This document shows positions 27,611 through 45,745 of a DNA stretch of 64,000 bases, in pieces. Where the stretch lies: NCBI RefSeq assembly GCF_009914755.1, contig NC_060932.1; one strand, 5' to 3'. The notes under the pieces are model-generated. The model made no database searches. It saw only the letters and a list, made by a program, of their open reading frames with translations, and was not told where the DNA came from. Origin of the DNA: the human T2T-CHM13v2.0 reference genome, Homo sapiens. Every line of letters begins with the position of its first letter. Position 1 is the stretch's first letter. A program made the translations under genes and the position numbers.

Positions 27611-27837
27611 CAGGTTGTGATGTGAACATCCCTGATCTGAAAATCCAAAATCTTTCTGAAATGGTCCAAAATCTGAAACATTTTGAGCGCCAACATGATG
27701 CTCAAAAGGTCATGTTCAAAGGAAATGCTCATTGCCCTTATGCAAATATTCCAAAATCCAAAAAAAAAAAAAAAAAAAGAAAGAAATCCAAATCCAAAAC
27801 ACTTCCCAAGCATTTTGGATAAGGAATACTCAACCTG
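27611..27837. mobile_element. Tigger4/MER46-type MITE, opposite orientation to the 24.9-kb copy
   Basis: catccctgatctgaaaatccaaaa...tttgagcgccaacatgatgctcaaa...gaatactcaacctg-TA. Confidence 0.8.
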
Positions 27838-28624
27838 TAATAAGCAGTATGGATCTGGGATTCAAAACTAGGTCTTCTGACTCCCAAGGTCCACGTTCTT
27901 GCCCACACTGATCAAAACACTCTCGACTTAACAATCTACGAATCACACATTAACCACTGCTCCTGCTAACATTTCCCAATGTACTAATTTCTCCCATTCT
28001 AATGATTACCTAATAAAAGGTTAGCACTTGGTGCTTATGCTAGAGTACATTTACTCTATTTTATAGTACATTTACTATTCATTTTATTTATAGAAACTCC
28101 AAAGTGTCTTTTCTGAGGGGAAAAATATATATTTAGTATGATATTTCAAGTTTAAATAAAATGTTTTTATACCAAAAACATCAACTCTTCCTAAGACAAA
28201 CAACAAGTATGAAATTCAATAACATATGACACATAGCAGAAGAATCCATGGGACTAACCTGAATTCACATCATCATAATAAAAACAGAAACAAACCAGTA
28301 AATTAATTACAGAGCTAAGTTTGCAGCTAGGGATTCTGATGGCTATGACAGTAAAGCTCAAATAACCTGCAAAGGCATGGGACACCCAAAGATGTAATTA
28401 CAACCCTGTACAAAAATAAATAAATTAATTAATTAAACAACACCTTGTCAAAGTGTAGCTGCAATTCAATACAGCCATGTCTCACTCATCCCAAGATCCC
28501 TTAATTAGAAACCTCAACTATCCAGATCACTGTGGAGATTCAGGAAGCAAAAGCAGCTGCTGACCAATCCAGAGAAATGTCTCAAGTACAAGCACTAAAG
28601 CTGTAATTTCTCAGCTGAGTTGAA

Positions 28625-29330
28625 TTATTTTTGTTGTTGTTGTTGCTTAACTTTATTTTGAAATACTTTCAGGCTTACAAAAAGCTCCAAAAATAGTACA
28701 AAAAAATCCTGTACACCCTTCTCCAAGCTTCCTCAAATGTTAACCACCAAATATTTCTTATATCACCACAGCTACAATGACCAAAACCAAGAAATTAACC
28801 ATCAACACAGTTTATTAAATAACCTATAGACAACCTCCTCCAAATTTTGCCAATTACCCCCACTAATGTCCTTTTTTTGGTCCAAGACCTTGTGTTACAT
28901 ATACTTGTCATGTCTCCTCCAACCTGGGGCACTTTGTCTGTCATGACCTTGACACTTGAAGAGGACTGGCCATTTATTTTGTAGAATGTCCCTCAATCTG
29001 GGTTTGCCTAATGCTTCCTCCTGACTAAATCCAGATTGTGCATTTTGGCAAGCCCACCACTGAAGTCACATTGCGCCCTCCTTGGTGCATTCTACCAAGA
29101 GTCATATGAGGTGCATGTGCCATTACTGATCATGTTAATTCTGATCACTTGGTCAAGGCTGGATCTATGAGGTTTCCCACAGTAAAATTACTATTTTTAC
29201 CTTCGTAACAAATAAGAATCATGTGGGGGATAAACTTTTAAACTATGTAAACACTCTGTTTCTCATCGTCATACTTTCACCTGCAAATTTTAGCACCCAC
29301 TTATAATTCTTGCCTGCAACAATTACTATC
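28625..29330 (-). mobile_element. Old L1M 3' fragment
   Basis: tttattttgaaata...ttttgtagaatgtccctcaatctgggtttg...tgatcacttggtcaagg. Confidence 0.65.
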
Positions 29331-30462
29331 TCCCAAATAGTGACTGTTTAGTTACTGGAGACCTCCCCAGCCCAGGTGGATGACCATGGATGAATGTGCT
29401 TTTTTGGAAGCAGGCAGCTTGGGAAACAACAAACAATATGGCTGCATATCTGGGATAAAGACAGTTATCTATGAATAAACTAACCTCTTCCTCCTTTTTA
29501 CTGATCTGGCTTGTGGGCTCATGCTCACTTCTCATTTGAATAACAAATCACATCATACAAAGAAATCAAATTATATCTGTAATCTCTAGAATGCCAAAAT
29601 ACGAAGAAGAAATTTTATAAACTCATCACCTCTGAAAATGTTGTAATACTTCTGTCCATGACACAAAAAAAATTGATATTGGGTCCAAAAGTAAACCACA
29701 CAGTATCACATATGTGTAAAACACAAAATAATATCAGTAGAAAGGAAAGTTATAGATCATTTACTGTTGTCAACTACCAAAATCAAATACTGAATCCAAA
29801 TCCCATCATCTCTTTTAATTCTAAAGGTCTGAGTTGCTGAAATCTTCACAACTGAAATATTTGGAATCTCTGGTTCAACAAGACCCCACCCCAACCCGCT
29901 GTATAACGGATGTATACATCACAAAGAGCTTATTCTAATACAGCCATACTACGTCATGATATTGTTGCTTTTTTGAACTTGGCTGGCACTACCAGCAACC
30001 AAACAACAATCTGTGTGATGAGTATGATTTTTTTCTTTGTCACTCCTCCCCCACTGTACTTTCCATACATGGAATGAAGCCGAGCTGACTTGAAATTTAG
30101 AAAGTGACTACACTCACAACAGAAGCTTCTCAACATTTGCTTACTCCAGTCAACTCTCTGTAAGAAGTACAAATATCACAAAAAGCCCTGTTCGTTGTGT
30201 CCTCAATATCTAGAATTTTCCATCCACTTTTGAAGGATAAATTCTAATAGCAACATTGATAAAGTAGAGTATGACTGGAGAATAATAGCATTCAGGAGGC
30301 GGGGGGATTTGAAAACTCTACCAGTGAAAGAAGGGGAAATCCCTGTAGCTGGAGCGGGTAAGATGAGAGGAAGACAGGCTGCCCAGCCTCAAAGCTGAGG
30401 GGACTCATACCTGGCAGGGAAGCTAACTTGTTTTAGGTCACTTCCAGGGCTGCATTCAGTAA

Positions 30463-30777
<315 letters not shown>

Positions 30778-31794
30778 GAAGTGGGTTATTTCTTTAGTAT
30801 AAGAATAATTAACACTGTTTCAAGAGACAGCCAGTTCCCCTAGCAGTGGAATGTCTAAGCGGAGAGCAGAAAGCATCTGCTGGGAACTGGCACAAGGAAT
30901 GTGAAGCTGCCTTAGATTCACTGTTCAACTCTTTTCACTGACAATAAGAAAAGGAGCAGTGAGCCTCCAACATCCCTATCAGTGCCACCTGTGGACCACT
31001 GGAGGCTCAGGCGTCATCTCCCCCAACTCAGCTACGTCACTCCCCTGTCCTCCATATACCTAACTTAGGTAACACCATTCCCCCTAGCAATTCTGCTTGC
31101 TTAAGGCCCACCCACAAGAGAAAGGCTCAGATCACACTTTATCTCCCTCAAGCATCCATCCACTTGAACCCTATACAAAAGTGATTTCCTTCCCCAATTC
31201 CTACATAAAGCCGAAACTGTTTCTACTGCTTATGTAGGACCACTCGATTTGTCTCATGATAGAATAAACTTTTACATGTCATCTCGGCTAGACCATAAGC
31301 TTCTGAAGGACAAAGTGTTCTTCCTTTACGGGAATGTCCAACACAAGGCTTTTTGCTTATTCTGCAAATATTTCTTAAGCTGTTCAGGTGATCTGGCCCC
31401 TTTCTCTATCTCCAACTACATCTTTTACTGGTCTTCCTTTCACCCATGTGGGACTGACCCAGGTACCAATCTTTCAGTCTCAGGGCTTTCATACATGACT
31501 ATTTCTGTCTTGGACTCTACAGGCTAACTCCTATTCATTTATTAAACTTCACTTATTCATTTATTAAACTCATGATTAAATTTCTCAGTTTAATCATGAG
31601 TTCCCTAGACACTATCTTTCTTAAACAGCCTATGTTACTCTCGAAGAAGTATTATGGGGAAAATAAAACCACTTCCACCACCATCCTCTGTCTCTAAAAT
31701 CATGTCCAAAACAATAAAGAAAACAATGTTTCCATGTTCAATGAAACTTGGAGATATTTACAACTGAAACACACGACATTAAGACAGAAAATGC

Positions 31795-32098
<304 letters not shown>

Positions 32099-32614
32099 GA
32101 TAGAAAATGCATCCACAGAATACAAGAAAAGACTGAAACTGGTGCCAATTACCCCAGAAGGTAGGAGGAGACCTAGAAAAGGAAGGTTGTTTGAAAAGAG
32201 CAGTTAGACATCTCCTGTGTCCAATCCCACTCAGGACAGTTGGTAGATACTGGTAATTTGCAGTCCTTGGAGAAAACTTATTTAAATGTAGAAAAAAGTT
32301 TGACAACCCCATTCTATTCGAATCTTCCACCCACACAAACAACAACTGGTTGAGAACAGAGGGACATCCAAGCAATATGGCCACTGAACCACAACTAGTA
32401 TATTTCATAATCATAGGACTTTAGAAATATGAAGACTCTGATATATAAATTCCATAATTTCAAACTGTCATATACTGGGATAGCATAATTCAAAGAATAC
32501 ACTCAGTATTAACTCAATCACTTGCAAATCACTTGTCTTTTCTCATCTGTGAAACACACCGGCAGAATGAGTTTCATTTCATCGTCCACTTTCACTATAA
32601 GAAAGCTTAAATCT

Positions 32615-34550
<1,936 letters not shown>

Positions 34551-34819
34551 TCATGATGCAATGTCTTGGGGTTAAGTCAGCCAGCAGGTTGAGAGAAACT
34601 GAAATTCACTATAATTACTCCCAAAATTGACTGCTTAGCGAAGATTTCCTTAACTTCCTTGAGTGAAAATTCAATTTCCAAAAGTTTCACGACTACCTAT
34701 TTCACTACTCACAAGGGAAAAAACAGCTTAACTGAAGATGGCTTTGTTTATCCCTGTCCTAAGATATGGTTTTCACCTTGAAATGTCTCACAACCCCAAC
34801 CTCCCTTTTTCCTTCTGAT

Positions 34820-35130
34820 AGTCATTCATTCAGCAAATATTTACAGTCTGCCGTGCCAAGCACTAATCTAAGCCCTGGAGAGACAGCCTGGAAAAATGGG
34901 ACAAAAACCTTGCCCTGCAAGAGCTTAAATTATTAAAAATAGAATGAATGAGTGAATGAATGAATGAGTAAATATGTCATATAATAGGTGCTAAGGAAAT
35001 AAATAAAGCAGGGAAGGTGGATGGGGTTTGCGGAAGTGGAAGTGGGGTGGAAATTTTAAACATGGTGGTCAAGAGAAGCCTTGCTGAAAGGACGTTTGAT
35101 GGTGACCAAGTGGAAGCAAGGGAGTGGGCC
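34820..35130 (-). mobile_element. L2 3' fragment
   Basis: cattcattcagcaaatattta...gtgccaagcact...ccctgcaagagctta. Confidence 0.6.
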
Positions 35131-36748
35131 ACGTGGCTGATGGGGCACAACGCCACCCTGCTTCATGCCCTCCTGGTTTACCACGCAACTTCCTAGCTGT
35201 GCTCTCACCCAAGCACACATCTAAACCACACACTGATCTGGTGGTCATAATTTGGCCTCAAACCCCTCAATGGCTCCCAACTCCCTCGCAGATGAAATTC
35301 TAACTCCTTAAGCAAGCAAGCAAGGCTCTCCACAGCACCACCACTCCCCAACTCTCCAGCCTCAATCTCCTACGCCCGTGCTTATGCCTCCACTGCATTA
35401 CTCTAAAAGCTCAGCAAGTCCTTCAGGCTCAGTCACTTCTATCCTTTCGGTTACCAGGGTGCCTTTCCCATTGTTTGCCCTGGTGATAGCCTACTTCTCC
35501 TTCAAAACAAAAGTGACCTTCTCTGTCCCCTACCAGGGACTTCCAATTCCCTTGGGTCTTCTTTTCTAAGGAAGTATCAAAGCTATATTGCCCTCTCTGT
35601 GACTGCGAGCTCCCTGAGGACACAGAAGGCGTTTCTTTCCGGGTGCCTGACATCATCTGGTGGGCACTCAATGCTTATTGGACGTGACATGAAATGACGA
35701 GCTTGTCTAAACTGTCCAGTCCTGATTTATGCTGTCCCCATGCCTGCTATAGTTCTCCCAGTGTCCTGATACTCATCCAAAAAAAAAAGTTTCAACAGAC
35801 TCATTAATACACCTTTTTATCCAAAGATTGGAATTCCATTTATCAACTATTCAGAATATACTTGAATCAAAAGCAAAAAAAAAAAATGCTTTCAGAGATG
35901 GAGAAAAACAGAAGCCATGCTTTTCTCTATAGAAGAGACCAGGTATACACTTAATTTAAGGTCACAGACCAGAAGGGGTTGGCTCATCTGCTTCCAATAA
36001 TCAGAGTTTTGGGGGAGTTTGAAATGATGGCTACTATTATAGAAGCCAATAGTTACCGCTCAAAAAAATGAAGAGAGAAACGTGAATGAGGAAAGCACGG
36101 CAGACAGTCTGGGGCAGGCACCATGTGAGGAGAGCCCTGAAGTGTTCATTTCGATATTTCCTGAGAGGCTGCAGAACAGGCACAAGTCCTTGCCCTCAAG
36201 GAGCTGACAATCCAGTTAAGTCAGATATCTCAACATTAGAAAATCATGTATTTGCAGTTCATCATGAAAAGGATGCTAAGCCATGATATTCCATTAATTT
36301 ATTCTGATGGCAGGGAAATAAGAACTTAAAAAGCTTTAAATAAAAATTGGTTGAAATGACCAAAAAAGTATCCTTTTTGGTGCTTAATGAGGTTTCTCAT
36401 CAGTATCACATATTGACTCACCTACCATATCACCTACTTGGTATAGGATAAAAGTAGTGCTATTTAAACATATGTGCATATTAATTTATTGGCAATTACT
36501 TCTAAGGTGTAAGAAAGAGGTAGCAGTCTATATACTCCATACGGATTAATGCTGCATCATAGTCACAAAAAAGATAAAATTGTTAAATCTGTATAAATAA
36601 AATGAAATCTGTGGTCCATGGTTGGGCCTCAGTGGGTCTGTGAATCCATGCTACTGTTTTTTTGGTTTTTTCTAGGCAGAGGAGTTATAGCTTTCAGATT
36701 CTTAAAATAGTCCAGAGTCTATAACCCAAAAAAGGTTAAGAAACAGTG

Positions 36749-37219
36749 TGCTAGAGACAATTTATGAAGAGCTATGGGGCTCCATGTTCTAGGTCAGCGT
36801 TGGCTTGGGAGAGACTGAATATTCAAATAGACAACGGGCAGACCACGTACAACCAGAGCTCTAATTCACAACCTTGGTCATTGGCCCATGAGGGTGGGAC
36901 CTTGGTCAGTGACTCTTAGCTTCCTTATTTTTTGCCCCTGCTTGCCATTCAGAATCAGCAAGAGAAAGTCAAGTATGCTCCCCACAACAAGCACCTAAGA
37001 CATCCACTTCTATTAGCCTGCTTCCAGCTCCCCCAGGCCACAGCCTCGTCTCAGAAAACCCTCGAAGGTTTCCTTTTCTCCACTATAAAGTTTCACGTGC
37101 CCCTGCCTGCCTCTGTGCATCTGCCAAACCCAAGTGATGGTGGCCAACTCCCTTGCTGGAGTGCACTCTGGTTAACAGTCTGTTTGTTCGCATTTGCATG
37201 GTCTTAGTTTATTTCCATA
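36749..37219 (+). mobile_element. MER77-like solo LTR
   Basis: ggggctccatgttctag, ccactataaag, ctgccaaacccaagtgatggtggc and the terminal tttatttcca. Confidence 0.7.
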
Positions 37220-37953
37220 GGCTGATCATCTAACACCTTAGGTAAGAAGTAGAGCCACTGAGGATCAAATGTAAATGCAAGACACCAACAGAATAGTAAC
37301 ATTAACTTGCAAGTTTACGTTTCTACAATAAGGTAACTTTAAAAGACACTGAAAAAAGGAACTGCCAGAGAAGGAGGAAAACCAGATGAGAGGCACCACT
37401 GGGAGGTGAGAGTTTGGATAGAGAAGGCGCCATGGGCAGTCGTACCCAGGCTACAGAAAGAACAGGCTCATGGAGGGCGAGAAGGCTCCCTACATCTGTC
37501 TCTCCATTCTGATGTGGACTCAGCCATATCTCATTTACTCTCTGCAGCTCACACAGCCATCCAAACTACCTAAGCCTCAGAAATCCAAAGAACAAGCTCC
37601 TCCCACCATCCTACAGTGGCCTGAGTCCAATGTCACAAAGGCCAGTGAAAGGGGAGGTTAGCACAGCAGGCCTGGGTCTCTAGCTCCCAAAGACCAATTC
37701 TAAGAGCTGCTTTAATTACTCCTTGAGTTCATCTCCTGTAATTTTGTGTGACGATTCCTGACTCCCCTCTCCAGGCAGGGTGTGACTAAGCATATCTGTG
37801 TGACAGTCCCTTAAGGTGCTTCCGTTGCCTCACAACTAACCAATGAGAACTGGCACAAGCTTTGGACATACAACTAAAAGGTGAGCATCAAGTACACTCT
37901 GAACTAGCATCTAGGGCACAGAAAGATAGAGGGTGATCACTTAAAGGATCATT

Positions 37954-38259
37954 GGCTGAATGTGGCGGCTCATGTCTGTAATCCCAACACTATGGGAGGC
38001 TGAGTTGGGAAGATCACTTGAGCCCTGGAGTTCAAGACCAGTCTGGGCAGTGAGACCCTACCTCTCCACAAAAAAAAAAAAAAAAAAAAATAGCTGGGTG
38101 TGGTGATGCACACGTCTGTATTCTCAGCTACTCAGGAGACTGAAGCAGGAGGATCACTTGAGACCAGTTGGTCAAGGCTGCAGTAAGCCATGATTGCATC
38201 ACTGCACTCCAGCTTAGGCAAGAGAGCCAGACCCTGTCTCAGAGAGAGAAAAAAAAAAA
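37954..38259 (+). mobile_element. AluJ
   Basis: Dimeric Alu; TSD aaaggatc(a/c)tt. Confidence 0.87.
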
Positions 38260-39113
38260 GGATCCTTGATCCACCACATGAGAGCAGGAAAGTAGTAGGA
38301 AGAGTAGTCAGACTACCATGGATCAGGGAAGAAATGGGAAATATAATTAAAGACAGAGGGTAATGGATGGAAGGGGATAGAATCTAAAAATATCTAAAAT
38401 GAGTTGTAAAAGTTCACAGGATTGACATTCAGTATACCTTTGTGTAAACTGCCCAGAACACTTGAATTCCAGATACCATTCCAGAGCACACAGACAGCCC
38501 TACAGATCTACTCACCAGAGAGAGGGCTACAGACTTCACCATTTCTAGAAATGACTTGAAGATGGAAGAACTGATTGTCCAGGCACACCAGCAGAAATGT
38601 GTTCAGATCCTTTCTCAGATGAGATCACAACCAAACACACCCTACGTCTCCTTCCAGCCTTATTGCCCCCAAATAATGAGCCCAAGAAAGCATCTTCTTT
38701 CCAAGAGTTTACAGGGCTCCATTTTTCGTTTAGTTTGATAGAAACAAAAAGTGTATGGCAGATGACATTTGTTTCAATATGAGAACCAACAAGGAAATAT
38801 TCGGTTGTAAGATATTAAGATGGGATCCTGAGACTTTTTATTTCCATGGTGATTCAAAATAAAATAACATGAATGACCTTTTCCCTGGTCCTTTTCCTTT
38901 AACTTTTAGCCAAATTTATTTAACCCCTCCTGTGAATGAGAAATACCAAAGAAGAATGTTTCAGAGAGTTTTCATCAATATGAGCCACAAGTAGAGCACA
39001 AAGAACACAAATGGGTTAGAGGATAACAGGATTAATTTGTTTTCCCTTCAGCAACTGACATGCTAAACACTGCTGCAGGAAAAGAGGTACCTGGTAAAAT
39101 GAGACCACCTGGC

Positions 39114-39370
39114 CAGGGCCTGCAGTTGTATGGTTTGTGTCCTTCATGGAGGCACCTGACCCAGAGGGAGTGGGGGCTAAAGAGCAGCCCCTGCCACAAT
39201 GGCCCGGCAGAAAAGGGCCACGGCCTAGGAGGGGTGCAAAGAAAAAGGCACCATGTGCTTTCCGTAAGACTGAGACAGCTCAGAAGTGGTGCCTTCTTCT
39301 AATTGGTCTGGCCAGAGGGGTCACCTTCCTCTCGTCTGCACGAAAGCACCATTTGCTGGTAAGAACCTCG
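39114..39370 (+). mobile_element. MER91A-like hAT element
   Basis: cagggc...cagttgtatggtttgtg...gagtgggggctaaa...gccttcttctaatt. Confidence 0.55.
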
Positions 39371-40084
39371 GAGAGGGCACTTGTTTCCATGCATTGTTTG
39401 CCATGGGCATCAGACAAGGCATTTACCATACATGTGAAGCCCCAGCCATGATAGAACAACTGGTTCTAGCTCTCCTGCCATAAACAGCAAGAAAACTGGG
39501 CAAAAGACCTGAAGCAAATGTGTTCAGACGATGGACAACAGGCAGAGTAAAATGAGGATCCCTGAGAGGAGAACAAGGGAAGTGAGCCCTTCGACTGCCC
39601 AGGTTTTCTGCCTATAGATACTTTCCAGACCATGGGCCAGGAAGGGGGAACCCAGGCCAGAGCCTGGTGGCCAGAACTGAGTTGCCAGGGATGAGAGACC
39701 TGAGAAGCTGAGGCAGCTAGAGTCTGCTGGCCAGGGAGAAGGAAGCAATGCAGAGGGAGAACTCCAGGAATCTGCTCAGGGGCCCTTCAGTCTTTGTCTT
39801 TGGCTGAGTAAACTTCACATGCAGGAGGTGAGACTCCAAGCAGCCAGAAAAATCACCAGGAAACAACTAGTACTGAGGAAGCATGTGTAAGCTGGACAAT
39901 TCCCAGAGCTTGCACGGGGCTTGGAGGCATGAGTTACAACCAGCCACAGAGGAAAGATCTCCTTAAACACCAGGTGGCATTTGGTATAGAGCCCAGAATT
40001 GCTAATTGCTACAATTGCTAATTTCTAATTGCTTTGTTCTGTCATACACTTAGCATTATTTACATATACATTTTTTTCTTAGTA

Positions 40085-40670
40085 TATTTCCTCTAGGCCC
40101 AGGCAACCACTGACCTACTGTCTTTTTTCTGGACATTTCATATAAATGATACTATAAAATATGTAGCTTTTCTACCTGGTGTCTATCACTTAGCATGTTT
40201 TTAAGATTCATTCATGCACACCCAGCATGTTATCAGTACTTTATTCCTTTTTTATTGTGCATAGTATTTTGTTTATCCATTTACCAGTTGATAGGCATTT
40301 GGGCTGTTTCTAGCGTGAAGCTATTATAAATACTGCTCCTTGGAACATTCAAGAATAAGTCTTTGTGTACACATTTATTTTTATTTATCCTGAATAGATA
40401 CCTAAGACTAAAGCTGTTGGGTCACATGGTAAGTATGTTTATACCCAAAAGTATATTTAACTTTTTAGGAAACGGTAAAAATGTTTTCCAAAGTGTATAT
40501 ACCACTTTACATTCCCGTCAGCAAGACATGAGAGTCACGGTTGCTCCCCATCTTCACCAACACCCAGTGCAGCATCGTCTGTCGTTTTGATTACAGACAT
40601 TCAAGTGGGAGCACAGGGGCCTCTCACTGCAGTTTTAAACTTGTATTTCTCTAACAACCAATGATGCTGA
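40085..40670 (-). mobile_element. Old L1M fragment
   Basis: ggcaaccactga...ggacatttcatataaat...tgttttccaaagtg...ttacattccc...catcttcaccaacac. Confidence 0.75.
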
Positions 40671-41647
40671 GAATCTTCTAAAGACGTGTTTAGACTTTAA
40701 AGAAGAGAAAAATTTTCTCAATGGAGTTTCTCTCCACATTAGACTATTATAAAGATTAATTCCTATCCAAGTCCAAACTACTTCCTTAGCCCATCACACT
40801 GATTTTTCTGTTCCATATCTATTCAGTCCTTTGACCTCTTTAACCACATTCAAGCTCCTTCATAGTCTTTGTGTAGACATTCGTTATTATTTCCCTTGGG
40901 TACCTAAAAGTAGAACAGCTGGGTCATGTGGTAAGTAAATATTTGTAAACTTCACATTTAATACTTGTTTTGTGGTCCAGATGCCCAAATTAATGTGTTA
41001 ATTTATTTTGGGAAATTGTATTTGATTACTAATGTTCATACTAGATAACACACGTACCTGAGGCACTATGCTAAAGTAATCGTTATTCCTTTAAGTCTCA
41101 AGTTTCTAACTATTTAAGCATGTATAATCAGATGGCACATGGATGTAATAGTCCCAAGCAGCTAACAGTCTAGTTGATGAGACAAGAGGTAATTAGATAA
41201 TTCAAGATATTAAACTGTCTTCATGACATGACACTATAAGAAGTAGTACTCTGCACTAAGAGTAAGCAGCCCTCATTCAGTTTATGGTCTGCCTTGAACA
41301 TGGGCTTTAGGATCCTAAGTAGTCACTTAACCTCATTCAACCTCTCTGCAACTTCAGTAGTAAAGTAGGGTCACTACCTACATAACATACTTCACGCTGC
41401 TGTGCATCGTGGGGTGTGATGGAAAGAACATGGCTTAGGAGCTAGGCAGACTTGAATTCAAATCTAGATTCAATAAATGCTTGTGCTCTTACTGGATCCA
41501 AAAGCTATTCTAAGTGCATTTCACATATTATTTTCTCTAATTCTCACAATAACCCTACAGCATCAATCCTATTATCATCCACATTTTATAAATGAGGGAA
41601 GTGAGGCTTAAAGATTAAATAACTTGCCCAAGGTCCACAATTAAATA

Positions 41648-43140
<1,493 letters not shown>

Positions 43141-43611
43141 TGATAGAGTGGTGATCCAAACCAAGGCAGAAGGAATATTTACCTCTAAATAATACTCTGC
43201 TGGAGAGACAAAATCAAAACTGTTCAGGGCTGTGACATCATCAGGACTGCATTTTCTCTCCAGGACCTGTTGCTCCGGTGGCTCCACGCTCCCTGCATGA
43301 GTTGCATTATGTTTGTTTCCCTGCTCTTTCCCGTCCTCATGAAGCCCTGTCTTCTGAGTTAGGCTAACATCCTGGAGGAAACATGTTCTAGCCTCCAAGT
43401 AGAGTGAGTGGTATGTGGGGAAGGGGAGGGAAGATAGAGGGCAGAAAAGACTTTTCCAACCTACCTAACAAACAAGCAAAATATGGCAAATTTGGGGCAA
43501 CACCTGGAGTAGGGAGGGAGGCAATAGGAACTGTCTTAGAGAAGAAAAAATAATTCTTTCATTATTTCATGTCCCAGGATCGATCGAACCAACTCTATAG
43601 AACAGTATGCC

Positions 43612-43892
43612 GACCAGGTGTGGTGGCTCACAACTATAATGCCAGCACTTTAGGAGGCTGAGGAGGGAGGATCGCTTGAGCTCAAGAATTCAAGGACCAG
43701 CTTGAGCAACGTAGGGAGACCCTGTCTTTACCAAAAATTCTTTTTTAATTAGCCAGGCACGATGGCATGCGTCTGTTGTCCCAGCTACTCAGGAGGCTGA
43801 GGCAGGAGGATTGTATGAACCTAGCAGGTCGAGGCTGCAGTCAGCCGTGATGGCACCACTGCACTCCAGCAGGGACGACAAGGTGAGACCCT
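43612..43892 (+). mobile_element. AluJ
   Basis: Dimeric Alu; TSD agtatgcc. Confidence 0.86.
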
Positions 43893-44520
43893 TTTTAATA
43901 AGAGTATGCCTTCCAAGTTTATGGTATTTGTCAACTAAGCTAAAGATGTTTTGAAGAAAGCAACGGGAATCTTTGAATGCTTGAAGGACAACGACAAAAA
44001 GTTTTAAAGTATTAAAAGCTTTGAAAGCAAATTTATAATCTTGGTGGAAAAAAGTAAATGAGGATATGAATTGTAATTTTAAAACTAAATTGCACACACA
44101 TACAGGTAACTAGTATTGCCTATAGGAGGTATATCTGAAAATTTGTTTTGTGTATTCATCTTCATACATGGGTGTGTATGTAGATAAACAGACAATACAC
44201 CCAATACTGATCACCTCTTTCCCAGCGGAGATGAAGGGAGATTTGCCTGAAAAAACTGTTCACCTGCTCGTTTAAAGTTGTTAAATTATTTTTTAAGTCT
44301 CTATTTTTAATTGCTTTAATAATAATAATAGAGGCTACCTTTTTTAAACTGCTAAACGTCAAATACCTGGTACACTTTAATACACCAACCCTACAAGGTA
44401 GGTCTTATCCTCTCCACTTTGTAGAGTAATAAGGAAGGCATATCACAAACAGGTTAAATAATTTGTTCAGTAACAAAGCTAGATTCAAACCTAGGTCTCT
44501 CATTCTAAAGCCACGTACTA

Positions 44521-44821
<301 letters not shown>

Positions 44822-45529
44822 TTAAAAAAAAAATACAACTATGTTCTTTCTACTTTAATATTTTGCCCTCCCACCCATGGCAAATGATACAGGAGAAGAA
44901 ATTAAAGACAACTTTGTAGCAGAAAACTAAATGAAAAGATGCTTGTTTCAAATTATCTTATTTGGACTGTTGTTTTTCCCTTGCCTTCAAATAAAGTGGG
45001 CAGCCTGAGACTGGGCTATGACCTAGGGAAACCTATGTGACTAAGGCTAAGCTGTGGCGCAGGGCTGAAGCTATGTGAGCTTCAGGTTCCCCGTGCAAAT
45101 CTTGCCTAGAGGAAACCTGCCCTTTCTCCATATCTGGGCCTGTGTCCATCGACGTATATTCAGTCCAAAAAAAAAAAAAACTTTGTCTTAAGTGCACTGT
45201 AAGTGTTAGGGAAAGAATACTTATTCCTCGTTCCTCATGTTTCCATGTGGAAGAACCGAAAGTAGTACTTCTGATGTCCCTAAGCTGTCTCACTCTACCT
45301 CTTAGTAGAGGATACGTGAACTATCAAATTAGTGGTACTCAAGAGAAGGAAATGAGTACACACAGGCTGTGCTCCCCCACCCTGTAGAGGAGGCCTGCAA
45401 CTGTCCGGCCTGCCTGTGCCTGCTAAGTGTGTCACTCAAGGGTGAGGGGTCAGCAAGCCTACTTGGCCAACAGACAGAAAGCCATTTTCTCTTACAGCTT
45501 TATCCGTAACTAAGGTGAAATGAGACAGA

Positions 45530-45745
45530 GGAAAACACAGTGGCGAAGACTGGGCTCAGGAACTGAATTGCCTGGTTGTGAATCCCAGCCCCACCACTTA
45601 CTATGTGACCTTGGGCAACTAATCTAACTTCTCCAGGCTTCAGTTTCCTGCTCTATAAAATGTAGCCAACAAGAGAGCCTATTTCATGGGATTGCTATGA
45701 AGATTAGAACAGTGCCTGGCACATAATAAGCATTCAGTGTTAGTG
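45530..45745 (+). mobile_element. MIR
   Basis: aatcccagccccaccacttactatgtgaccttgggcaa...cttcagtttcct...tagaacagtgcctggcaca. Confidence 0.75.

Noticed and set aside
30015-30088. GTGATGA ... CTGA spaced like a C/D box snoRNA
   Set aside because: It is on the strand opposite the host transcript, has a negligible terminal stem and no recognisable rRNA guide; likely chance.
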